DNA of 64,000 nucleotides from a virus (taxonomy: Duplodnaviria > Caudoviricetes): positions 1,462 to 65,461 of the IMG/VR virus record IMGVR_UViG_3300014205_000024, one strand, 5' to 3'. The position numbers were made by a program, and so were the translations under genes. Numbering within the stretch: the stretch's first letter is position 1; the number at the start of each line of letters is the position of its first letter. Shown here in pieces: positions 56,179 through 64,000 of the stretch. The notes beneath the pieces were generated by a model that worked only from the letters and a program-made list of their open reading frames with translations, made no database searches and had not been told where the DNA came from.

Positions 56179-56261
56179 GCTTCTATCGAAAGCTGTGCAT
56201 ACTGCTTGTGGTCATCTACATCATCTGTGCCGCAATATGCTTCTTATTGTGGCCCGTGTAG
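56175..56261 (+). CDS. 28-aa membrane peptide
   Basis: GGAG RBS, ATGA overlap, MSFYRKLCILLVVIYIICAAICFLLWPV. Confidence 0.5.
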   Translation: MSFYRKLCILLVVIYIICAAICFLLWPV

Positions 56262-56356
56262 GGGCTTGCCTTGAGGCACGCAATGGGGGGTTGCGACCAG
56301 CAATCCAACCCCTCCATGCCTGTTCCAATGAAGGAGTAGGACAACAAGGAGATACC

Positions 56357-56551
56357 ATGAAACGTATAATCAAAACCAGTGCATGCTGCATGTATGTGCT
56401 GGCTGCTATTGCAATCGCGCTCATCCCGTTCGCCATCGGGTTTGTGCTGTCGCCCGTGGTCGACGGGTTCAGGGGCGGTCTTGTCCGTGGCCCCGAGTGC
56501 TTGAAGCGGGTTCAGGATGCCATGATGGCTGGATTGCGGGGTGCCAAATGA
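56357..56551 (+). CDS. membrane protein
   Basis: AAGGAG RBS. Confidence 0.6.
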   Translation: MKRIIKTSACCMYVLAAIAIALIPFAIGFVLSPVVDGFRGGLVRGPECLKRVQDAMMAGLRGAK

Positions 56552-56778
56552 GCGGTAACCCGCTGATGCTGGCCGATTGCCAGCCTGAACAGGACAACAC
56601 TGCCCCTCGCATCAAGGGTGCTGTCGCGTCCATCAAGCAGATCAAACATCCCCTGATGCGCAAGAACTTGAAGCGGGAAGCACACCGTTTCGAGCGGAGG
56701 ATGGCCAAGATGTCGCTGCGTCGTGGGGATGATCCTCTTGACCTCGGTGGCGTCTTCGATGGGGAGGCGGAGGAATGA
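56548..56778 (+). CDS. hypothetical protein
   Basis: ATGA overlaps. Confidence 0.55.
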   Translation: MSGNPLMLADCQPEQDNTAPRIKGAVASIKQIKHPLMRKNLKREAHRFERRMAKMSLRRGDDPLDLGGVFDGEAEE

Positions 56779-57065
56779 ATCCCAGAGCACAACAGGTCGC
56801 CATCGCAGCGATACTCGGGTGGGCCTACGACAGCGTCGTGCATGGGTGGAGACACAAATCCACCAGACACATGTTCAGCGACTGCCCTGACTACCCGAAC
56901 GACCTCGACGCCATGCACGATGCGGAGAAAACGCTGACCGCAGAGCAAAGGACGAACTACATCTTCGCTATGGCTCAGATCACTGGGCATCAATCAACCT
57001 TTGCCACTGCTGCCCAGCGTGCCGAAGCGTTCCTCCGCGTCCATGGGAAGTGGGTGGAGTCATGA
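56775..57065 (+). CDS. phage ABA-sandwich-like protein
   Basis: PDYPNDLDAMHDAE...ATAAQRAEAFL. Confidence 0.65.
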   Translation: MNPRAQQVAIAAILGWAYDSVVHGWRHKSTRHMFSDCPDYPNDLDAMHDAEKTLTAEQRTNYIFAMAQITGHQSTFATAAQRAEAFLRVHGKWVES

Positions 57066-57277
57066 GTGGGTTGATCAAGGTTGCCCTTCCTCCTATCGCT
57101 GTTCCCGCTGGGAAATGGTGCTGGAATTGGGTCGAACCCAAAGGTCGTATCTGCCCACACTTCGACAATAGCGAATGGATACGGTGCGAACAGCACATTG
57201 GGCGACCCATCCGTGATGGCGACAATGGATACCTGAAACCCAAGGAATGCTTGGCATTGAAGGAGGTGGAGTCATGA
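57062..57277 (+). CDS. Cys-containing small protein
   Basis: WC...CPHF...C...KPKEC. Confidence 0.55.
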   Translation: MSGLIKVALPPIAVPAGKWCWNWVEPKGRICPHFDNSEWIRCEQHIGRPIRDGDNGYLKPKECLALKEVES

Positions 57278-57486
57278 ACGATTTATGGTTAGTGAATGAT
57301 GGCTGCCGTGATGTTACCTGTCCCATCTGCCTCAAAAAGTTCGGCGTAGAGTGGAGCACGGAGTATGGAGACCCAGTGCAAGGATACAGTGAAGTTTATT
57401 TCCCGTGTTGCCAAAAGAGTATCATCGTGGAAGTTGACATCACCGTAACCTATTCCCCAAGGCTCAATCGACCTGCTGATCTATGA
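57274..57486 (+). CDS. zinc-ribbon protein
   Basis: GGAGG RBS; CPIC...PCC. Confidence 0.6.
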   Translation: MNDLWLVNDGCRDVTCPICLKKFGVEWSTEYGDPVQGYSEVYFPCCQKSIIVEVDITVTYSPRLNRPADL

Positions 57487-57580
57487 CAGCATGGCCCACT
57501 GGTGACAGCAGTGGGTCTAGCTCTCACCATTCCCTGTGTGGGGAGTGGTTCGAGAATCAACAAACGAAAGGATACCAATC

Positions 57581-57772
57581 ATGAGCACTGAAATGAGGGA
57601 GATGCTGGAAGCACGGCTCTCCGAACTGAGGACGCGGGCGTCATCGCTCGATGCCATCTGTAACTGGGCAGGGTGGGCGACCACTCCCCAGCAGAAACAT
57701 GCGCGTGAGTTGCATGCTGCCAATACCCGGCAACGTGTCGCCATCGTGCGTAAGCTGGAGGTGATGCGATGA
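57581..57772 (+). CDS. hypothetical protein
   Basis: GAAAGG RBS. Confidence 0.6.
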   Translation: MSTEMREMLEARLSELRTRASSLDAICNWAGWATTPQQKHARELHAANTRQRVAIVRKLEVMR

Positions 57773-58341
57773 AGCTGCCCGAAGGATTGCCGCAACCTCC
57801 CGACGGCTACGTTTACCTTGGGCGAGGCGGCGAGTTCAAGCTTCTTGAATGCAAGTCATTCATGGGGAGGATTTATCACAGTCCTCCCACCGTATGGGGA
57901 AGCGTGGACACTTCTTGGATTGGACACGATCCCGGCTATCACTACTGTGCCATTGCCGGAAGTGAGATCGTCAACATCAACCGCGAAACCAACGTCGGTG
58001 TGGTGCAGATTCCCGAGGCTCTGGATACCCAGCCCAAGGGATTCAAGTGGGTCAGCGTGCGGGATGGGCTGCCCACGGTGAAGGACGCATACCAAGGTTG
58101 TGTGCTGGCGAAGCACCAGACGGGTTACATTCAGGTGGTGTCTTGGAACCTTGTCAAAGACAAGTCCTTTGCTGTGGTTGCATGGGCTGACATGAATAAC
58201 CTGCCCGAGTATCACATACCCACCACCAAAGAGTTGTTCGATGCGTGGTTCGACAGGCTGGTGCCACCGGATGGGCTGTCGAATGCCCAGATTGCCAAGT
58301 GGTATGCCGAGCAGACGCTGGCTTGGAAGGAGGGGAAATGA
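57769..58341 (+). CDS. hypothetical protein (DUF551-like central segment)
   Basis: WVSVRDGLP...VL...WADM..LP. Confidence 0.6.
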   Translation: MKLPEGLPQPPDGYVYLGRGGEFKLLECKSFMGRIYHSPPTVWGSVDTSWIGHDPGYHYCAIAGSEIVNINRETNVGVVQIPEALDTQPKGFKWVSVRDGLPTVKDAYQGCVLAKHQTGYIQVVSWNLVKDKSFAVVAWADMNNLPEYHIPTTKELFDAWFDRLVPPDGLSNAQIAKWYAEQTLAWKEGK

Positions 58342-58967
58342 ATCCGAAGATTACCTACAACAAGACTGGCTACACCCAGATTCCCAAGGGGTATCGACTG
58401 GTTCACAAACCTTATCCAAAGTATGCACAGGTCGGTGACCTTGGTGGATATGCAAACAAGGAGGGAAACAGCAAGGCCATGCTGGACAGGTGGCATACTA
58501 TCGATGTCGTCGTTAATGCGTGGGTGCATGACTACATCATCATCAGGAAGATGGGCGAGGGCGAAGTGAACGAGCGCAGGGTGAGCGCACTGGAAAATCA
58601 TGTGTGCCATCACGGACGCAAGCGTGTGGTCAAAGCGCCCAAGCCTACCCCCATCAAGGAACCCGTGCTGCTCAAGCGTGTCCACTACCCGTTCAGCCTC
58701 AAGGCTGCGCACTGTGGAGTCAAGGTGCTGACCCGTGCCGGGAAGCATGTGTCTCGCTTGGAGTATGTGAAGGAAACACAGATGGTTGGAGGAACCCTTG
58801 GAAACAAGCGGTGTTTCTGGAATATGAACGGCAAGTGCGATCAACCCGAGCGCGACCTGTTCCTCGTCCAAGACCCACCGAAGAACGTGAAGTATCTCCA
58901 CTCCCTGCTGGATGATACTTATCGGGCATTGCAGGAACTAGCCGGGAAGTTGGGACGGAGGCTGTGA
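58338..58967 (+). CDS. hypothetical protein
   Basis: VLTRAG...W...G...DLFL phage domain. Confidence 0.65.
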   Translation: MNPKITYNKTGYTQIPKGYRLVHKPYPKYAQVGDLGGYANKEGNSKAMLDRWHTIDVVVNAWVHDYIIIRKMGEGEVNERRVSALENHVCHHGRKRVVKAPKPTPIKEPVLLKRVHYPFSLKAAHCGVKVLTRAGKHVSRLEYVKETQMVGGTLGNKRCFWNMNGKCDQPERDLFLVQDPPKNVKYLHSLLDDTYRALQELAGKLGRRL

Positions 58968-59245
58968 TGATAGCAAATACCATCAGCGCAGAGGCATCCA
59001 TGCTCAAGCAGGACAGGCTCAATGTGATCCAAGCCACCGAGTTGATGTATGGCCCCGGCCCTGCGTTACTGGGTGAGAGACGATCCATCCTGATCAACTT
59101 CCTCTGCGCCCTGTCCAACACCAATACCCACTGTAGAACCAAGGGGATTATCTACCTTGGCCTGTATGCGCAGTGGGTGGAGGACGGATCGCCCGAGGAA
59201 GAAGCATTCCAAGCTTGGTGGAATGTTCACAGGCCCAAGCAATGA
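58964..59245 (+). CDS. hypothetical protein
   Basis: GGAGG RBS. Confidence 0.55.
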   Translation: MMIANTISAEASMLKQDRLNVIQATELMYGPGPALLGERRSILINFLCALSNTNTHCRTKGIIYLGLYAQWVEDGSPEEEAFQAWWNVHRPKQ

Positions 59246-59317
59246 GACACTGTCCCTTGGTAACAGCAGGGGACAGCAATCTCATGACTGAGTCAGCCAT
59301 TCAGGCTGGCCGGGAAC

Positions 59318-59500
59318 ATGAGCACTAGGAGATACACGTATGATCATCATCCAACCGTCTGCCAAAGAGAGCAGACCATCTCAGCAAACCTCGCCTTCGA
59401 GGATCGTCAGCGTCGTAACAAAGAGTTGCGCCGCATCGAGGCGACCAAACGACAACTCGGCTCCGTTGCCGAGGCGTTCAAACATGCCGTCCGTCTGTAA
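59318..59500 (+). CDS. hypothetical protein
   Basis: Basic coiled coil. Confidence 0.5.
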   Translation: MSTRRYTYDHHPTVCQREQTISANLAFEDRQRRNKELRRIEATKRQLGSVAEAFKHAVRL

Positions 59501-59633
59501 GATCGCACGGAAAAACATCACCCAAGCCCGGAAGTGGAAGCGCAAGTCTGAGAAATCCGGCTACGCATGCGGCAATGTTGTCGTGTGGGTGGGCCGAATC
59601 CATCGGTGGCGCAGATACGCCGGGCGAAACTAA
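59484..59633 (+). CDS. small basic protein
   Basis: GAGG RBS; 49 aa K/R-rich. Confidence 0.45.
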   Translation: MPSVCKIARKNITQARKWKRKSEKSGYACGNVVVWVGRIHRWRRYAGRN

Positions 59634-59678
59634 GGAAAACCAGTCCCGCTTATAGCGGGATAGCATAAGAAACAAACT

Positions 59679-60674
59679 ATGACAACAACCAAAGTAACCA
59701 AGAAGATTCGCCGTCCATCCCGTAAACCCGTGGCCCCCAAACCCCGGATCACAGGCAAGACGGTGCGAAACATGAAGCGCGCACAGGTTGCGCTCAAGAA
59801 GCCGGACAGTGCCACCTTGGAATACCTCAACACGCTGCGGAACTTCCGTCGCCAGTTGAAGCAGCCGGGTGTCGTATCCAACGTCTATACCAAGGTCAAG
59901 GCAGCGTTCAAGTCGGACAACCAACAGTTCATCACCGTCCTGCGTGACGAGGGCATGCTTGCATCCGGCAAGATTCGCCTTGCAAGCGTGGAGTTGGAGT
60001 GCTTCTTCCTATCCAATGAAGATGAAAACCAGGCATGTCGCTTCATGGAGCAGCAGAAGTTGACCGTGATCAGCAATGATCCTTCGGTGACTGAATGTGC
60101 CTCGGGTGCGAGTGGCTATGAGTTCAAGGTGACCTCGATTGTCGGACGGTGGGAGCGGCTCAAGCAGATCGCTTCCTTCATCGAGGGCGCGGCAACGACG
60201 GATGCCTCATGCGGAATGCATGTTCACCTGTCGGTCGGCCACCTCACGGAAGAGCGTCAAAGGATCGCCGGGAAGCGGTTGTATAACAACCTCAGACACT
60301 GGCTCTATCAGTGCGTCCCGTTGTCCCGGTTCAATAGTAGCTACTGCTGCCCAAGTAACAACCATGACAGATACGGACGTTACTGCGCGATCAACATGGA
60401 AGCCATCCACTGCCACAGCACGATTGAAATGCGGTTCCCTCCGGGATTCTCCTGCGCCAACGACATTGTTGGCTGGCCCATGGTGGGGTCGTTCCTGCTG
60501 GATTCCCCCCGTTCCTACCGTGACTGGCAGGACTTCCTGACCCATGCCGACGGGAAGCTGGAGCCGTGGGTGATCGCTTGGTTGAGCCAACTGCGTGCTG
60601 CCAACCAAGGCACGTGGCTTAATGCCGACGGGTCGCGTAACAGTATCTGCCCGAACTTCAAACCACTATCCTGA
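59679..60674 (+). CDS. putative amidoligase (COOH.NH2 ligase type 2), copy A
   Basis: SVELE, DPSV, YEFK, SCGMHVHL, RYCAIN, TIEMR. Confidence 0.88.
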   Translation: MTTTKVTKKIRRPSRKPVAPKPRITGKTVRNMKRAQVALKKPDSATLEYLNTLRNFRRQLKQPGVVSNVYTKVKAAFKSDNQQFITVLRDEGMLASGKIRLASVELECFFLSNEDENQACRFMEQQKLTVISNDPSVTECASGASGYEFKVTSIVGRWERLKQIASFIEGAATTDASCGMHVHLSVGHLTEERQRIAGKRLYNNLRHWLYQCVPLSRFNSSYCCPSNNHDRYGRYCAINMEAIHCHSTIEMRFPPGFSCANDIVGWPMVGSFLLDSPRSYRDWQDFLTHADGKLEPWVIAWLSQLRAANQGTWLNADGSRNSICPNFKPLS

Positions 60675-60684
60675 AAGGAGTTAC

Positions 60685-61830
60685 ATGAATGCATTACAAA
60701 GACACGCATTGTTTGAGAAGCAGATCGAGGCACACGAACTCAGCGAATACGCCGGGCCGTCCCTGATCTACAATCTATCTGAAATCTCCAGCCTTACCAA
60801 CCTCACCCGGTTGCGCATACTGGCACGCAAATCCCGAGGCAATCCCGATTGCTTCCGTCGGTCTGCGAGGTATGTGAAGGAGGCCCAAATCCATGGGCAG
60901 AAGAATACCAAGGAAGCTGCCATATTGATGGTGGACATGCTTCGCGCTGCGGCACAGTTCCTCATTGATGGGAAGCGGATCATCCGACAGACCAGCAAGG
61001 CATCACCCACATCCTCACGCTCGTTTGTCGAAATGATCAAGCAATCCAACACGGCCCAAGGTTCTGTTGAGATGATGAACCGGGTAATCAAGCCGGGGTT
61101 CGGTGTGACCATCGAAATCGAATGCTTCCTGCGTGAGGCTGGCGTCTCCGATGCGGTGGATAGGTTGCTTAAAATCCCCATGGTTCAGGTCAAGGAGGAT
61201 GGCAGCCTCTATGCCTACAGATACAAGGATACAAACTACCACGGAAGGGAGATTGTGGTTACGGCAGGACGCAACAACATCTTCGACAAGTTGAAGAAGG
61301 TGTGCGACATCCTTCGTGACTTCGGATATGCACAGGCCAATGAAATGTGCGGGTTGCACGTTCACTTGGACTGCCGAAATCTGGCACAGGACTCGGCGTT
61401 TAACTTCGCCAGTCGTCTGAACAAGGCGATGCCGTGGTTGTCCAAGCTGACCCCGCCGGATCGTCGGAACAATCGGTTCTGTAGATTCGAGGAAAAGCTG
61501 GACATGCACAGTTCGGAACGCTACTGGGCGGTGAACTTCCAAGCCTACCACCGTCACAAGACCGTGGAAATCAGGCAGTTCCACGGGTCCGTCCGCTACC
61601 AACAGATCAAACAATGGGTATCCCTGATCCTGTTCCTCGCTGACCGTCGCACGAATGTTACCACACTCGATGCGTTCTTCTCCAGCCGTGCTCCGACTGG
61701 CCTCAAGAACTGGGTGCTGGCGCAATACAACACGCACAACCCCAGCGAGAAAGTGAAGTCCGATCAGGTTCCCAAGAACATGCGGGTTGCCGCCCGTGTG
61801 TTGGAGGAATCCGGCATTGAGATCGAGTAA
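60685..61830 (+). CDS. putative amidoligase (COOH.NH2 ligase type 2), copy B
   Basis: GVTIEIE, KEDGSL, GREIV, CGLHVHLD, RYWAVN, TVEIR. Confidence 0.9.
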   Translation: MNALQRHALFEKQIEAHELSEYAGPSLIYNLSEISSLTNLTRLRILARKSRGNPDCFRRSARYVKEAQIHGQKNTKEAAILMVDMLRAAAQFLIDGKRIIRQTSKASPTSSRSFVEMIKQSNTAQGSVEMMNRVIKPGFGVTIEIECFLREAGVSDAVDRLLKIPMVQVKEDGSLYAYRYKDTNYHGREIVVTAGRNNIFDKLKKVCDILRDFGYAQANEMCGLHVHLDCRNLAQDSAFNFASRLNKAMPWLSKLTPPDRRNNRFCRFEEKLDMHSSERYWAVNFQAYHRHKTVEIRQFHGSVRYQQIKQWVSLILFLADRRTNVTTLDAFFSSRAPTGLKNWVLAQYNTHNPSEKVKSDQVPKNMRVAARVLEESGIEIE

Positions 61831-62014
61831 CATCATCGGAACAGTTCACAACCATATCCCCTATGTGGTAAGGGTATTCAGCAATGGGACATGCGCCTTG
61901 CATTTGTCCGATTGTTCTGTCCTCTACCGCAATCTCAACAACGCAGCGAAATCAATCAGAATGCGGGGAGGAATGTTCTTCCTACTCCGCAACCAACTCA
62001 ACCTAAGGAATTAA
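61817..62014 (+). CDS. small hypothetical protein (TTG start)
   Basis: GGAGG 9 nt before TTG; fills gap. Confidence 0.4.
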   Translation: MRSSNIIGTVHNHIPYVVRVFSNGTCALHLSDCSVLYRNLNNAAKSIRMRGGMFFLLRNQLNLRN

Positions 62015-62018
62015 ATAT

Positions 62019-62906
62019 ATGTGTAAAATTGGAGCTATCGTATTCAGCAAGCCAGTCGAATGGAATGAAACTCTGAGCAAAGTCGTGGACTCGTTCCACA
62101 AAACCCTCTGCTCCAGTGAGCGTGATGGGTTCGGGTTCATCATCCAGAGCCAAGCCAAGTCCCGTTATATCGAACGCTATGTGGACCCGGTGGATTACAT
62201 CGGCATCGGCAAGGCATTCGTGGAACGCGCCAAGCTTGGACCGATGAGCAACATGGTCGAAGGCGTCTTCGGACGGGACGGTAAGGTGCCCAAGAAAGTC
62301 CGAGCAATTATCCTTCATGGCCGCACCTCGACCAATGAGAAGAACCTTCCCAATACCCACCCGTTCTGCAAGAAGGGCTGGGCGATTGTCCACAACGGGG
62401 TGGTTGACTTCGATGCCCCGAAGGGATGGGCTTACTACTCCACCTGTGATTCGGAGCACATCGTCAATGTGCTGGCCAACCGTGGGCCGAAAGGACTGCA
62501 TGACATCAGTGGTTATATGGCCATTGTCGGACTCAATCCGCACAACGATGTGATCGTGGGACGTTGCTCCACGGCACGACTGCATGTGAGTTCAGCTGCC
62601 GTGTGTGAGACTCCCGCTCTGGTATTCGGAACGACGAGCGACAACATCACCAGCATGTTCAAGGACATCAACGTGGTGGACTATACGTCCCCCAAGATGA
62701 TCCGTGATGGCAAGCTGGTCACCCTCCGTGGTGCCAAGCAGATTGCGGTTGATGACTTCGATCTGCGTGCCGCTTCGACCTATGCCCGTAGCCAGCAACA
62801 ACGCTCGCTCGGATTCCAAACCACCAGCGGGACTTCCTCTGTCACATCGAAGACAACCTATCCAAAGTATAATGTGGTGAACGCATCTGATGTGGTGAAC
62901 GCATGA
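62019..62906 (+). CDS. class II (Ntn) glutamine amidotransferase
   Basis: N-terminal MCK, RDGFG, HGRTST, NTHPF, HNG, CDSE. Confidence 0.92.
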   Translation: MCKIGAIVFSKPVEWNETLSKVVDSFHKTLCSSERDGFGFIIQSQAKSRYIERYVDPVDYIGIGKAFVERAKLGPMSNMVEGVFGRDGKVPKKVRAIILHGRTSTNEKNLPNTHPFCKKGWAIVHNGVVDFDAPKGWAYYSTCDSEHIVNVLANRGPKGLHDISGYMAIVGLNPHNDVIVGRCSTARLHVSSAAVCETPALVFGTTSDNITSMFKDINVVDYTSPKMIRDGKLVTLRGAKQIAVDDFDLRAASTYARSQQQRSLGFQTTSGTSSVTSKTTYPKYNVVNASDVVNA

Positions 62907-63130
62907 GCGTGGTCAGAAAAGAAACACACCGGGTAAAATTCCCTGATGGAAGCCAACTGGAATACGACGATGCCGAGAAGGCGTTGCAGGCAGCCAAGCT
63001 TTCCGGAGGAAAGGTAACCAGCATATGTCCACTAACCGCCATAGACTGCGTCATTATCGCGGTGCTCTTGATCATGCTTATCGCATGCGTCGGGAGCGTC
63101 TTACTCAATCGCTGCACGGCAACCGGATGA
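62903..63130 (+). CDS. small membrane protein
   Basis: ATGA overlaps, C-terminal TM. Confidence 0.55.
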   Translation: MSVVRKETHRVKFPDGSQLEYDDAEKALQAAKLSGGKVTSICPLTAIDCVIIAVLLIMLIACVGSVLLNRCTATG

Positions 63131-64000
63131 ACCCAGTGTTACACCAGCAAATCTTAACCAACCCACTGGAAAGTGGGGATGAAGGAATAATTAATATGCA
63201 AACAGCAGTTGACTCGGCACTCGACTTTGTCGAGAAGCAAAAGAAGCGCTACAATCCCACGCTTGGAAGCAGTGACACGCCCTTTACGGGTGATGAATTG
63301 TCTGATCGTGAGGCCAGCGAACTGCCTGATAAGCAGTGGATTGTGGCCGATCTGCGCAGGGAGCATGACAAGAATCTGTGCATGATGATGCTTGCCCTCG
63401 GCAAAGCCATTGCTCTGTCGGATGTACGGTATGAACCGCATGATATTTGTCTGGTAACCATCCCGACAAAGTCATTCGAGAATCCCGATCACAAGACGGC
63501 GTGGCAGGGAGCACAGTATCTCAAGTATCTATTGCGTGGATACCGACTCGCATTCCCACATACCAGCATTGTCAGCAATGACATCTTCGGTGTGCTGGGT
63601 GAGATCGCATCAGGGTGGGCCAACTACTGGGGAATTGACATCAAGAAGGATCACTATAACTACGTGATGCTTCCGCCTTCATCTGCCCTGATGGACTATC
63701 CCAAGCGATCTGTTGATGCTGGCTTGGAGATGCTGCGCAAGATGCTCGGCGGTTCCTGTCTGACTATCAACATGACCGATCACATCGAGTATAGTGCGGC
63801 ATGTATCTTGGCATCCAAGCATGGACACAATTCGTTCTTCACCTTGGAGTCCTTTAGCAACGTCCGCATGATCTCTCCGGTATGGAAGGACGAACTGCTC
63901 GGCAGCAAGATCGAGCGTGCCGGGGAATACTCGTCGCACTATGTCAGAAAGAACAAACACAAAACCAAAAGACATGATCGGCTCGAGGATTACTACGATA
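63127..64000 (+). CDS. hypothetical protein, 3'-truncated by window end
   Basis: Open from ATG 63127 to the end (MNPVLHQQILTNPLESG...). Confidence 0.65.
   Translation, partial: MNPVLHQQILTNPLESGDEGIINMQTAVDSALDFVEKQKKRYNPTLGSSDTPFTGDELSDREASELPDKQWIVADLRREHDKNLCMMMLALGKAIALSDVRYEPHDICLVTIPTKSFENPDHKTAWQGAQYLKYLLRGYRLAFPHTSIVSNDIFGVLGEIASGWANYWGIDIKKDHYNYVMLPPSSALMDYPKRSVDAGLEMLRKMLGGSCLTINMTDHIEYSAACILASKHGHNSFFTLESFSNVRMISPVWKDELLGSKIERAGEYSSHYVRKNKHKTKRHDRLEDYYD

Noticed and set aside
61830-62018. Glutamine riboswitch upstream of the GATase
   Set aside because: No glnA-motif consensus; the gap is better explained by a TTG-start ORF, though a strong hairpin at ~61953-61980 exists.
1-64000. 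Stop-codon reassignment
   Set aside because: Genes are long and tightly packed under code 11; TGA and TAG act as stops, often in ATGA overlaps; the tRNA-Trp has a standard CCA anticodon.
1-64000. CRISPR array
   Set aside because: No regularly spaced repeat-spacer series; the exonuclease at 7469 is a stand-alone recombination nuclease.

Overview
A 64-kb segment of a tailed dsDNA bacteriophage genome. It is probably podovirus-like: there are adaptor, nozzle and ejection-protein genes but no tape measure or sheath. A lipoprotein spanin suggests a Gram-negative host. Three blocks are visible. (1) 1-10.5 kb, + strand: recombination/replication genes (SF2 helicase, resolvase, ERF, PD-(D/E)XK exonuclease, SSB-like). 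(2) 10.5-46.5 kb, - strand: packaging, virion and lysis operon (TerL, portal, scaffold, glycosyl-enzyme pair, major capsid protein, fibres, lysis cassette, adaptor, nozzle, ejection proteins, 3423-aa internal protein). (3) 47-64 kb, + strand: accessory region. The main discoveries are in block 3. A 978-bp array of three integron-type cassettes (two complete attC sites, with the cassette-specific R'/R'' complementarity of integrase-mobilised cassettes) is inserted into a phage glycosyltransferase-like gene. The cassette ORFs are antisense to attC, start and stop inside attC loops, and always read the crossover AAC in frame. Just downstream are an anticodon-arm-less tRNA-fMet derivative, an intact tRNA-Trp, and a ~570-nt non-coding region with three nested long-range stems (candidate large ncRNA). 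A tandem amidoligase-amidoligase-glutamine amidotransferase cluster follows. All calls come from motif recognition by eye; no database search or folding program was run.
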